This document shows, one piece after another, positions 39,781 through 51,996 of a DNA stretch of 64,000 nucleotides. The stretch's first letter is position 1. The number at the start of each line of letters is the position of its first letter. The position numbers were made by a program, and so were the translations under genes. The stretch comes from the human T2T-CHM13v2.0 reference genome, Homo sapiens. The stretch lies in the NCBI RefSeq assembly GCF_009914755.1, contig NC_060942.1; one strand, 5' to 3'. The notes under the pieces are model-generated. The model made no database searches. It worked only from the letters and a program-made list of their open reading frames with translations, and was not told the DNA's origin.

Positions 39781-41349
39781 ATGCCACTGAGAAGACTTAT
39801 GTATAAGCTGATCATGTCTCACATAAACCATGTAAATATGGTTCATGCTTATCAAAATAGAAGATGTAATTATGATTAATGATAGGAAAATACACATCTA
39901 AATAATTCTTACAGATTATATTTAGAAGCCTAGTTAAGGCATGCAAATTTGAAGTAAAATGTATTGATGAAATAATTGTTAAGTCTACCAACAACTTCCT
40001 AATAGACAGATTTCGGTTTAATCTAATAGCTAATGAAATAATATTTAAAATAGTTTGATCCTAGGTAATAACAACATAATGCTAATTTACTCCTATCTAA
40101 AAGTAGAACACATAGGTAATGAGATAGCTATATTACATGATAAAAAGGAGACTAGATTAATCTAGAAAAACCCAGTGTCCTGACTGCAGTTTAATGAGAG
40201 TTTAACTGATTGAATTTTCTTTAAGGATTATCAAATACATATGCCCCTTTTACACATACTCGTTTTTTCCTTTATAAAGTTATCTATATCTTTGTGTCAT
40301 AATAAAATAATGTAAGGTGTTTTATTTTTATAGGATATTTTTTCTAACATGTCAGGAAAGTAGTTGTACAGTACAAAGAAAGGGTTAAGTTCCTAATAAC
40401 ATCAGAAAAAAATTACTTTGTAGCTTGATACCCAGGATTTCAGAGTCAATAAATTAAAATGTCACTCCAGCATTTGAAAAAATATATATGAATAATAAAT
40501 ACAATCTTCAAGAGTATCTCCTCCTGAAAAAACGAATAATGGTCATAACTTGTCAGTGTGTTAGAGAATAAAAGATTGCTACTAAAAGTGAACTCATTTT
40601 TCTTGCTTCTAAAAGAAATTATTTCTTAATGTTAGGGGGAAAAAACACTTCAAGCCTAAAGACAAGCCGTTTGAAACTACCCCATGGGAAGAAGAGAACT
40701 GCAAAGGTGTTCTCTGGATAGATTTTGATCTCTGCAAGGATATGAACTATAATGATCAGAGGGCATTCTAAAATGCTACAGAAATTGTTAAACCAAGGAA
40801 TAACTCAACTGGACACCCTTTATCTTTTCAAGATTGAATGCCAGTGAGTAAGAGCTTCAGGCTACTAGAGCAATGATGGTTTTTTGAATTATAAAGATTT
40901 GATATTAAATAATTGGAGATTCTTGTCAGCATGTTGTTAAGCTAATTTTAAGTCCTTCAAGGCTTAGGAAATAGCCCATGTCTACATACAGCTCTACATG
41001 TTATGTTCTAATTAGCTAAGATCACATTTTTATCAATTGAATAAAGTCTATAATTCCATATTAAATAAAAACTATAATTCTTTAAAAAAGACAGCATGGT
41101 TTGTTTCCTAAATAAAATTCCGAATCTTGATGTAAATGTATACTTTTGTTGAATTTTTACAATTATTTATGTGTAAGTAACAGATACAATGTATTTTGTA
41201 CAATTTAACTTTTTAAAATACTCTACACAGGAAATGCCAAAGATTTAATAAAACAGTTACGAATAATGTACAATACACTGAATGGTTAAGAAAATTAGAT
41301 TTAATCGTCCTTTGTTTTTGTTTTCCATAGTATAAAATATACCATATAT

Positions 41350-41636
41350 GGCCAGGTACGGTGGCTCACACCTGTAATCCCAGCACTTTGGGAGGCTGAG
41401 CTAGGCAGATCAGGAGATCAGGAATTCGAGTCCAGCCTGGCCAACATAATGAAACCCCGTCTCTACTAAAAATACAAAAATTAGTTGGATGTGATGGCAG
41501 GTGCCTGTAGTCTCAGGTACAGGCTGAGGCGGGAGAATCGCTTGAACTCGGGAGGCGGAGGTTGCAGTAAGCCGAGACCATGCCGCTGCACTCCAGCCAG
41601 GATAATAGAGTGATACTCCTTCTCAAAAAAAAAAAA
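41350..41636 (+). mobile_element. AluS
   Basis: Full dimer with CCTGGCCAACATAATGAAACCCCGTCTCTACTAAAAATACAAAAATTAG and an A tail. Confidence 0.93.
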
Positions 41637-41987
41637 CCCACAAATTTTGCAAGTCTATGTTTTGTATTAATTCTCTTCACGTACCAAGATACTAAAGACA
41701 TTCTAATAGCTACAGTATTTTTTAGTTTTCTGTTCAAGGATTTAATATTTACTCATCATTATAATCTTTGTGATATTACATTTTTAGGAGGAATTATTGT
41801 TTCGAATAGGAATTATATAAATTGGCTTCCTACATTTTTAGTACAGCTAGTTAGATTTAGGATTACGGTTTATTTCTAACTTTCCCCACAAGTGATTGGA
41901 GCATCGTCACATAAGAATAGAAGTTAAAATTACACCACAATAAGTTCTATTTTAAAATTCAAATTTTAACTTTGTATTACTTAGATA

Positions 41988-42336
41988 CCGTCATGTGTTG
42001 TTTAACAACAGGGATATGTTCTGAGAAATGTGTTGTTAGGCAATTTCATCATTGTGCAAACATCATAGGGTGTACTTACACCAACCTAGATGGTATAGGC
42101 TTCTACCCACCTGTAGGCTGTATGGTATAGCCTATTACCCTAGGCTATAAACCTGTATAGCATGTTACTGGGCTAAATACTCTAGGCAATTGTAACACAA
42201 TTGTAAGTATTTGTGTATCGAAACATGTCTAAACATAGATAAGGTACAGTAACAACACAATATTATAATCTTATGGGACCACCATCATAAATAGTAGTCA
42301 CTATTGATCAAAACATCATTACGTGGCGCATGAGTG
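41988..42336 (+). mobile_element. Tigger3a (TcMar-Tigger MITE)
   Basis: TA|CCGTCATGTG..GCGCATGAGTG TIRs. Internal TTCTGAGAAATG, AACCTAGATGGTATAG, TAATCTTATGGGACCACC. About 350 bp. Confidence 0.9.
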
Positions 42337-43199
42337 TGTTTATGAACTCTCTAGCCTAATCATTACATTTTATTTTGATAATAATGAAGCTCTGCATAGT
42401 AAATGTAGTATATTTTTTTATTTATGGGTTGATAAGCATAGCCTTTTAGGCTTTGTGACTTTTCAACAGTACTTAAAAGTTTTACAAATAAATGTATCTG
42501 TAGAGGCAATTGGTAAAGATTAAGAATGTAGGCAAATTTGTGAAATATTATAAAGTCATACTTTGTAGTAAGTTTTGAAATTACCCTTCACTTTCCTTTC
42601 CTATTGCTGTCAACATAGTACAAATCTGTGTTATTCTTTCTACTACATTTCATTCTGTAAATTTTCACAGACTGATTTTCTTAACGCATTTTCTTGATGA
42701 CTGTTCACTTATAAAACTTAACATAATTCCGCAATAGTAATGAAGCTAGGTTTGTATTCCTACCCCTAAATTTAAGAGTTTTTTTACTAGTCTATGCCAG
42801 CTCATTCTTTGATTGAAGCAACCTGACTTTCCATAAATGTCTCAGCAAAAATAATCTTTGAGTAAAGGTTGTTGTCTGTCCTGAGTGGAAGGCCCTGTCT
42901 TACCCTCCTCTGTTCAACAATTGATTATTCACAAAGAAATCTATCTCAAGCCCCACTTTTTGCCTAAAACCCTTTCTTCTAGTCCCAGCTGAAATTGAAG
43001 GTGCCAATTGCTAATCTCTAGTGCTGGCTAAAAACGTATATAATATTTCCAATAATAAATTTCAGTAAGCCTTTCCTAGTTGTCTATTTGCAATTCCAAT
43101 ATGCTGATTGACATATTAATTTTAAGATCTTGATTATAAATATCCCTAGGATAAAGGTTTCTATCTTCAAGACCTTGCAGGATAAAGGATTTACGGATA

Positions 43200-43836
43200 T
43201 TGGCCAAAATCCTACAATGCCATATAGGCAGACTTCTGCATACTTCCCAGCTTCACCACTCATCATGTCTCTCCATCCCCTACATGCTGTTACGTCTGCC
43301 TGATATGCTCTTGTTCCTCATTGGGCTTGTTAAATTCTATTCAATGTATAGCTGTCAATCTAGGACCCTTTTAAAGGAAAGTCTTTTCTGAACAATTTGG
43401 CTATTTTGAATATCCTTCTACACTCTCATAAAACCTGGCATGTGAGGTTTGTGACTCTCAAAACACTAGGGATTTTACACATATATATGTAATTTATTGA
43501 ATTTATATGTAATTATATAAATTTATATGCAATTATTGAAATTATATGTAATTTAGTATATGTATTTTACATATATATGTAAAATTGCATATAATGTATG
43601 TGTGGGTATGTGTGTGTATATATGTACATATACACACACATATGATTATATATAATATGATTATATATAATTATATATTATATATAAGGTTATATATGTG
43701 TATATAACCTTATGTACACTATATATATAATTGTGTGTTTGTCTTCCTTTTCCACTTAACGAGAAAACTTCAATAATCTGACATCTCAAAGTAAGAATAG
43801 TGCTTGGCACAGAGTAGACACTCAATAAATATTTTC
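43200..43836 (+). mobile_element. L2 3' end containing an expanded TA-rich low-complexity tract (43475-43735)
   Basis: Ends AGAATAGTGCTTGGCACAGAGTAGACACTCAATAAATATTT. TA-rich repeats seen directly. Confidence 0.65.
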
Positions 43837-45058
43837 ACATTAAGTCTGGTTCAGATCACAGTACATAGAAGTGTGATAGTTACAATATCCTAAATAAAAA
43901 ACTCCCACATAAGAGACATACATAGCTACTTGGTAGGTCACCAATTCTTTAGTTTTTTACTTCAATCCTCTTAAATGAAAGCATCACTAATAAAGGAGTA
44001 ATCTGAAAAAGCCAACAACGGGAACAAAAGGTACTAGGTATAAATTCTAATTATATATCCAACATTATTTCCATTACACAGTAACATAGTTCTACCATGA
44101 GCTTAGATTTTCTCAACATAAAACTACTATAGCATCAACTATTTTGCTGTGAGAATAAAGTGTCTATGTTTGTATATATTATATACTTTTAACATATAGA
44201 GCATTATATAAAGCATATACTTGTAAACGTGTTTTTAAATGTAAAATGCTATTTAAATACATTAAAATTATTATTATATAGCATTATCCTCAATATCCAT
44301 GAAAGTTTTAAGAACATCTTTCGGACTCAATAACCAAGAATGATGCCAAAAATTGACCTTCTTTAAAGCAAATTTTACTCTGTAGTAAAATGTGTTTTAG
44401 TGATTTTCTGATATGTTTGATATAAAATAGAAACTGATATGGCACCAGGCTGAACACTAGACACTAGAGATTTTTAAACCCCATTAGATTGCAATGTCAT
44501 TGACAGCAGAGAGCAAGTATTTTATTCTCTTGTAATCCTCTACTGTTCATTGTATAGGACATGGTTTTGCATAGAGTGAATGTTCAATAACTCTTATTGT
44601 TGTGGTGACTGCTAGATAATGAGTCATGAAGAACAGCAAAATTAGAGTCAGAAAAAAACCCAGAGAGCTGTGGCAATCGTGTGTGTTGCAATGAACATCA
44701 AGAGTCTAGCCAAAGAATAACAATGAGAGAATAAGGTTTGTGTACCTAGTAAAATGTTGCCATGTGGCTATTCAGGAAGACACAAACTGACCTAATCTGA
44801 TGTAAATGTGAATTCAGGAATATAAAGTGGGAAATTCATGATCTGTTATTTTAAATTTCAAAGCAATAATCACAGCTAGAAGAAATAAAATTTCACTGGG
44901 TACCTTTGAAATTATACCTTCAAAAGACGTTGCTATCTTCTCCTTTGTGTTCACATGTTTCAAATAATATTTTTAGTGAGTTAAACAGAAATGCTTCTTG
45001 TAGGGAGGCTGATGCAGAAAGTATTTATACAGCCAAGTGAAAGCAGAATCCAGATGTA

Positions 45059-45119
45059 TTAGGCTGGTGCAAACGTTAACTGCACCATGGCAAAAACCAT
45101 TACATTTGCATCAACCAAA
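45059..45119. mobile_element. MADE1 (Hsmar1-derived MITE), internally deleted
   Basis: TA|TTAGGCTGGTGCAAA..ATGGCAAAAACC..TTTGCATCAACCAAA|TA. Confidence 0.85.
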
Positions 45120-47349
45120 TATTTTCCTTCAAGATCAAGCACAGCACTAGAGGTTTTGTATCTTCCAAATGCAAACAGTATTATTCATTTTAGTCTCATA
45201 GGCACTTCATGTTTATGCTTAATAGTAATGTCAACACTACTTGTGAAATGGGGTGATATATTGGAAAATATTAACGTGTTCTGAATAACACATCAATGAA
45301 GATGATCTTTAAAAACATTCATATATGTTTAAGCATTCCAGGGGCAGACAGCACTAAAGGAAGATCTAATTTTAAGCCATCCTTCCATCAGCCGAGGATT
45401 CAAGCAAGCAGCCATTTCCCACACAACCTGGTGGAGCAGCATGGTTGCAAAAAAGGAAGCCGTACACTTGAGATTCTCCCACTAGCCGGTCAGAGGAAAC
45501 AAGATTAGATCTTAAATTCTACCATGAGGTAACTTGGACATAAAGGCCAAAGAGGAAAGCAGTGACCAAAGAACAGATATATGGGTGAAAAGGGTAGAAG
45601 AGACCAAGGAGCCACATGATCTCATAGCCCCACCTCAACCTGGTTCAGCAGAATGACATGTGGGGAGTGGATGTGAAAGAGCCCGGGGGGTGGGGAGTTA
45701 CCAATTCTCTTATCTGACTCACCCTGGAAAAAACAGAGTAACTTAAAGAGAACATAATGATTGAAGCATTTTAAAGTGAACAGAAGAGAATAAAGTTATA
45801 TTTTCCCACTACACAAAAGGTAGGGGCTCACAAGCATGACCCGAAAATTATGCCACAGCTTAAAGCTATTATAGTACTATTCACATCTGAATATCAGTTG
45901 CATTTGAATTCTTACTCTCGCTTTAAGCCTAAAATTAAATTGTTCCCCACAAAATAGAAAACACATCACTGTTCTGCACAAAGTAGAGAACGATTACTAT
46001 ACATGTGTTTCCTAGTTGACTGGCCTATGAAATAATAAAAAAGTTACCAGAAATATCTACATATTGTCTTGACATTTCAGAAAAAGGAAACAAAAGCAGA
46101 ATAAGCAAAGCCAGAAAATTTCCACAACATTGATGACTGAATCACTTTTACAGATTCCTCTTACATATTGTTCGCTTTCTTCATATTGTAAAAGGGATGC
46201 ATAATTATTATTTAAAAATTTGAAAAATAAAGAAAGCAGTACAAGTGAAATAAAAATTTCCAATTGCCACCTTAAATATATTTGTGTATTACTTTATAGT
46301 ATTTATAATAAATATTTAGGATCTTATTGAATATGTAGTGTTATTAATTTTATGAACACATTTTATTTTAATTTTATTATTTTTATTATCTAAAATAATT
46401 GTAATTATTAAAAAGATCAATTAATATTTTAATCCTGTCTTTTTGTGCAGCAGAACTTATCTACTTTCATAATTTCAGCAGAATACATCTACTATTATAT
46501 TCAGTGAGGACATTAGCTCCCAATAAAATAATTGCCCTAATTTAAATACTTTATTTTCATCCATACTTTCCTAAACAAGAAAATTGAGAAAGCATTAAGG
46601 TGCAAAATTCTGTGTGGTTCAACATTTTCATTTTGTTTTTCATCTTGTTTACCACCTATCCTACTCCTTCAATCCATTAACCACATCCTATTCAATTCTA
46701 CACTTGACCACTTATTTTTGAATTAGAGGGTTAGTCAGCAGTATTCTCTATGTCATCACCTTTGACTCAAAATGTTTTTTTCCCTAAAATAGCAGTAAAA
46801 TATTCTCTGTCCTACTGCTCAACCTAATGAAATAGACAAAACTGGACTCCTCAGTTTCCCAAGACTTATAAAAATATAAGGAGTCAGTTGAATCAGCGGT
46901 ATTTTAGCATGGAAAGAGTTATCGATAATTATGACATTTGTTTAGGTATTCAGAGTCCCTTCTCATGCTTGTTAATGCTTCATTATATGTTCACTCATAA
47001 TCTACCTTTGCATCAATTAATAATGTGTATCCTTTTCTACTTAATCATATTTCACACATTATACTGCATTAGAATCACATAACTTTGGAGCATTGCTTTT
47101 CATTTTTAATTAACTTAATCACTTATAATATCAAAATTCCCCACTGTTAAACTGAAAACTTTCCTGTAGTCCTTTCTCACATCATGACTGGTAATGTAAC
47201 TAAGTGAGGGCATTTGAGCGTATTTGACAGGGAGAGATTTCTAGTTTACCATTATTTCTGATCCAGGATACCAAAAATATAACTGCTCTGTTTTAGCAGG
47301 CCTTAATATTTCTGTGTGAGGATTGTAAGACAGAACAAGCAGCTAATCT

Positions 47350-48431
47350 TGATAGTGGCAGAAGGCAGGCAGATCCTAGGCAGACAGGGGCCGGGTCCCC
47401 AGTGAAACCCTACCTTGAAGCCAAAGACAGTTGAAAGCCTGAAAGCCAACTGCAAGTCAAATCCACAGAGCAGAATGAGAACCTGTCTTCCCGTTTGGCA
47501 CACTTTCCTCTGATTAATCCCCACCCTTCACCTATTTTACATATAGCCTATTCTTCCCTAGTTGGTTTTTCACACTGTTGTGCCCACCTTTGAGAGGTGC
47601 CTTTGTTCTAGTCTTTTCCCTATACTCACAAACCAATCAGCAAGCACTCCCCCATTCTGAGCCCTTACAATCCCTGGACCCAGCCACACTGGGAGAGAAT
47701 CCACCCTGCGAGACCACCTTCACGTCTCCTCTCTGCTGAGAGCTGTTTTGTTGCCCAATAAAATTATTCTCCACCCTCCTCACTCTTCAATTGTCAGTGC
47801 GATCTCATTCTTCTTGGATGTGGAATGAGAACTTGGGACCAACTGAATGTGGGTACACCAAAAGCTGTAACAACTGTGGCCCTCTGCCTGCCACCAGTGG
47901 AGGGCAGCCACCCCATGCAATGAGAAGCAGCGGTGGGGTCCAGCCAGCCCTGGAGCCATGGGCCAGAATGAGGCAGAGGCTGGCAGAGCTGTTAACTTGT
48001 CACCGAAGGCAGGACTAAAAGAGCTAATTAGCACACTGTAATATCCCCTCTGGGGCTTCGGGATCATGGGGACCCCTGTCTGGGTGCCACCATGTTGCCT
48101 TGTCTAGAGGCTGGAGTCCACCACGGGAGTGGCTTGTGATATGCCTTGTCCAGCTGCAAGCCCCGTATAGAGCCTGATTCTGTGCCAATGCCTGAATGGC
48201 TGGCTGGACCCTGCACCTGCTCACTCACACACCCCCATCCACCAGGGGCTGAGTGCACAGTTGCTGCGGCCACAGCATCTGGGCCAGTGTGAAAGCCAGA
48301 TATGGCTTAGTGAGCTGAGTGGACGGGACGCCTCCTGCAGCAGGCCCAGGACCAAGCAAGGGTCTAGGCAGGAACGTCACCAGCCGCAGAGGTCCTCAGG
48401 TGGCAAAGTGACTGAGAAAAATCCTGTGTCA
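47350..48431 (+). mobile_element. ERV1 solo LTR, LTR28/LTR27 family
   Basis: TGATAGTGGCAGAAGGCAG..GGGTCCCCAGTGAAACCC start, CCAAT box, AATAAA, ends CCTGTGTCA. Perfect TSD ATCT at 47346-47349 and 48432-48435. Confidence 0.85.
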
Positions 48432-48855
48432 ATCTCTTGGCATTAAAATGAATTGTTGAGAGCTAATTCTGTGTTGTTTTATGCTACACATCTGCTGTGG
48501 TGTGGTCATATATGCCAAACTTTTAACTGTGCTTAATATACTTAGTGCCATTGTTTTTACATGCTTCTGCTTGGGCATGTGTTACCATCGTTAAAGTGTA
48601 ACAACACTTTGTGGAATGTGGTTTCTAGTACAACACAGTTAGCAATCCCACTTGTAAAAAAAGCTGCAGAAAGATGTGGAAAATAAATATTAAAATTTCT
48701 GGTTATCATTCATTCACATTTTCCACTATGATTAATTCAAAAATGAATAAAGTAAACAAATATTGTTTAGAATCATTCAAGTTTACCTATTTTTCTCTAT
48801 TTACAGAAATTCATTTTGTAGTTAGTAAACCAAAAATTTTAAAAACAATAATTTA

Positions 48856-49178
48856 GGCCAGGCACAGTGGCTCATGCCTGTAATCCCAGTACTTTGAGAG
48901 CTAAGGTGAGTGAATCACTTGAGGTCAGGAGTTTGAGACCAGCCTGGCCAACATGATGAAACCCCGTCTCTACTAAAAATACAAAAATTAGATGGAAGTG
49001 GTGGCGCTTGCCTGTACTCCCAGCTACTCAGAAGGCTGAGGCAGGAGAATCACTTGAACCCAGGAGGTGGAGGTTGCAGTGAACAGAGATCATGCCACTG
49101 CACTCCAGCCTGGGCTACAGAGCGAGACTCTGTCTCAAAAAAAAAAAAAAAAGAAAAAAGAAAAAAGAAAAAAAAATA
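48856..49178 (+). mobile_element. AluSx/Sz-like, first of a tandem pair
   Basis: Full dimer with ATCACTTGAGGTCAGGAGTTTGAGACC and a long A tail. Confidence 0.94.
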
Positions 49179-49512
49179 GGCCGGGCGCGGTGGCTCATGC
49201 CTGCAATCCCAACACTTTGGGAGGCTGAGGAAGGTGGATCACCTGAGGTCAGGAGTTAGAGAACAGCCTCGTCGACATGGCGAAACCCTGTCTCTAATAA
49301 AAAAGTACAAAACTTAGCTGGGCGTCATGGCGCATGCCTGTAATCCCAGCTACTCAGGAGGCTGAGGCAGGAGAATCACTTGAACCCGGGAAGCGGAGGT
49401 TGCGGTGAGCAGAGATCACGCCACTGTACTCCAGCCTGGGTGACAGAGCAAGACTCCGTCTCAAATAAATAAATGAATAAACAAATAAATAATAAAGTAA
49501 AAATAATAAAAA
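49179..49512 (+). mobile_element. AluS, second of a tandem pair, with (TAAA)n tail
   Basis: GGCCGGGCGCGGTGGCTC begins immediately after the first Alu's tail. Confidence 0.94.
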
Positions 49513-50864
49513 AATTTAATATGGAATGTTGCAGGAAAGCCAGGATAATCAGTTAGTTTTCCACCTGATGACACAATGGGACACAGAAAACACATTATAA
49601 TCACAACAACCTAAGAATCAAAAGCCCTCTGCCATGTTTTTTATTTCCACACACATTGTTCATTTAGAAAGTTAGAAATATTCAAGTAGTTCAAGGTAGT
49701 AGACTTTTTGAGCACTGCAAATTCTATCGAGATACGGCATTTATTGAATATTTACTATGGGCTAGGCACAGACCAACAATAAAATGACATGGAACTCTTA
49801 AGTTTCATTGCTATATAAAAGGAAAATTCCTACAGATTCTCATTCTTGTACTTGGGCAAGTGTTTATTTCTGTGATTGATCCTCAATTCAAAAAAATCTG
49901 GCATCTCTATTCAATTCGACTTCAATGAATTTAGTGTATTGAGCAAAAACTGTAAGAAAGTAATTATGCTGGCACTGCAAGAAATACAAAACAATTTACC
50001 TCTTCCCTATAAAAACACATTTTGAAGAATGTTACTAAAGTAATTATGTAATTAAGATAAATGGGAGCTCTTACTTTGGATAAAAACTGTATTTCTTAAA
50101 GAAATGGCTTTGAACTATATCCTGCAAAATGAAGAACCTTTTGACAGAGGACATATGGAAAATAGTATTCTTCATAAAGATTAAGCATGAAGCAACATGT
50201 GGTTTGATTAGATAGATATGAGCGAGAAAGAGAGAGAGAACGTGAGGAGAAAAATATATCTAAGGTTACAGGTCAATAAGGAGTTTACTTCAAGTCAGTG
50301 ACAGGAAGTGATATTTAATTAAGCAGAAAATATGTTACAGTGTGCTTTTGAGGATATTGATAATATTGTTAACATGGTAAGCATTATAATTTAGGAGTGT
50401 AGTGTGGCTTTCATACATCGTGACCATGATCTTCAGTAACAAATATATTTTACATTAAACTCTATTCACTTATATATTCCTATGAAAAACTATTTTGGGA
50501 AATATTGTCACTAGCACTCTGGTGTTTTCTCTTCTGTTCTTTTCCCTTTCTCTCCCATTTCATTACAAAAATGTTGGTTTGCCTTCACTACATTTATTTC
50601 ATGCTGTATGTCTGTAGTGTGAAAAATACTGCTGTAGAAATATCAGTTACCAGTGGTACCTGCAAAAGATTAATTTACAAGGGTGTCAATAGGTAGGAGA
50701 ACTGGTTATGAAATAACAAAGGTATGAATTAGATTGTGATGAGCTTTAATGCAATAAAGGAATTCATGAAATACAAGACAAAATACATTTAGCGGATATT
50801 TTTGACTAAGACACTAGTGATTATTGCTAATGAAAAGAAATAAAATTAGTTTGCCTATCTATTC

Positions 50865-51996
50865 TTTCAAGAAAACTCTGAAACCATGTTTTTTCTCTAT
50901 TCTCACACAAATGTAACAATAATCACCAACACAGAAGATTCCCATGACCAAAAGTTTGGGGTTGTTTCCCCACAACGAGCAGCACACACTAACTGGGTGT
51001 CCTCCAATTCTGACACTATCTATCCAAAGACAGTGTCAGATCTCACAAATTGAGGACTCTGTCCCCAGGACTGACTCCTTCTTCCCCTAAGTCACAAGTC
51101 CAGGCCTGTGGAAGTTCTGACTGACAAGAGTCAAGTTAGGGTTCCTATGATTTCCTTTTTGGGTTCAATTAATTTTCTAGAGTGGCTCACAGGACTCTGG
51201 GAAACATTTATTTACATTTATCCACTTATTATAAAGGATATGTTAAAGGACAAAAATAAGCAGCCAGATGGAAAGATACATAGGGCTATCTTTCCGGAAC
51301 ACAGGAGCTTCTGTTCATGTGGAGTTAGCATGTGCCATCCTCCTGGCATATGGATGAGCTCTTGTTCACTGTCCTGTTGACCTCCATGTGTTCAGCTCTC
51401 TGAAAGCTCCTCAAACTCAGTCCTCTTGGGTTTTTATGGAAGCTTCATGATGTCAGCATTCCTTTCCCCAGGGTACAGGGCAGAATGTTCTCTGGGGAGG
51501 GTCCTAACTTCCACAATCAGAAAGATAGAAGAAGATCACCTGTGCCTTGGGACAGGTGAAAGAGGGGAAGAGGGCAGAGAGACTCTGTTTCCTGAGGCCT
51601 GCTCCTGAGGCCTAACATACCCAAAGTTACAAGAAAAGATTGTAACAAGAGCTATGGGAGTCATAAGCCAGGAACTGTAGGAGAAACCCCACGTATATGC
51701 TATATTGTAATTGTATATCTCAGATACATACATATATATGTGTATATATATAAACATAAATATATGTATAGATACATATATGTGTATATATAAATATATA
51801 AATTTTACTTATATTAATTTGCTTACCTGTTCTTTCATATATATGTGTATATATATATTTATATATACGCACACACACATATATGTATGTATCAGATATG
51901 TGTATATATACATATGGGATATGTGCATATATATATGTGGGTATATGTATGTGTATATATACACATATATATGTATATATATCTCATAACACCACA
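50865..51996 (-). mobile_element. MER21 (MER21A-like) LTR with a large (TA/CA/TG)n expansion at 51690-51985
   Basis: CTGGGTGTCCTCCAATTC, CTAGAGTGGCTCACAG, GGTTTTTATGGAAGCTTCAT, AGCCAGGAACTGT, terminal ATAACACCACA. Left boundary approximate. Confidence 0.82.

Noticed and set aside
45330-45870. Purine-rich block possibly from an ancient Gypsy-like or ERVL LTR
   Set aside because: Resemblance too weak to assign family or boundaries without a Dfam search.
38770-47450. Similarity between the MER52 interior (38770-38870) and the LTR28/27 start (47350-47450), suggesting paired LTRs of one provirus
   Set aside because: Related but distinct LTR families with different lengths and separate TSDs, and no gag/pol sequence between them.
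51009-51040. Hairpin TCTGACACT..AGTGTCAGA
   Set aside because: As I recall, this is a standard feature of the MER21 consensus and not locus-specific.
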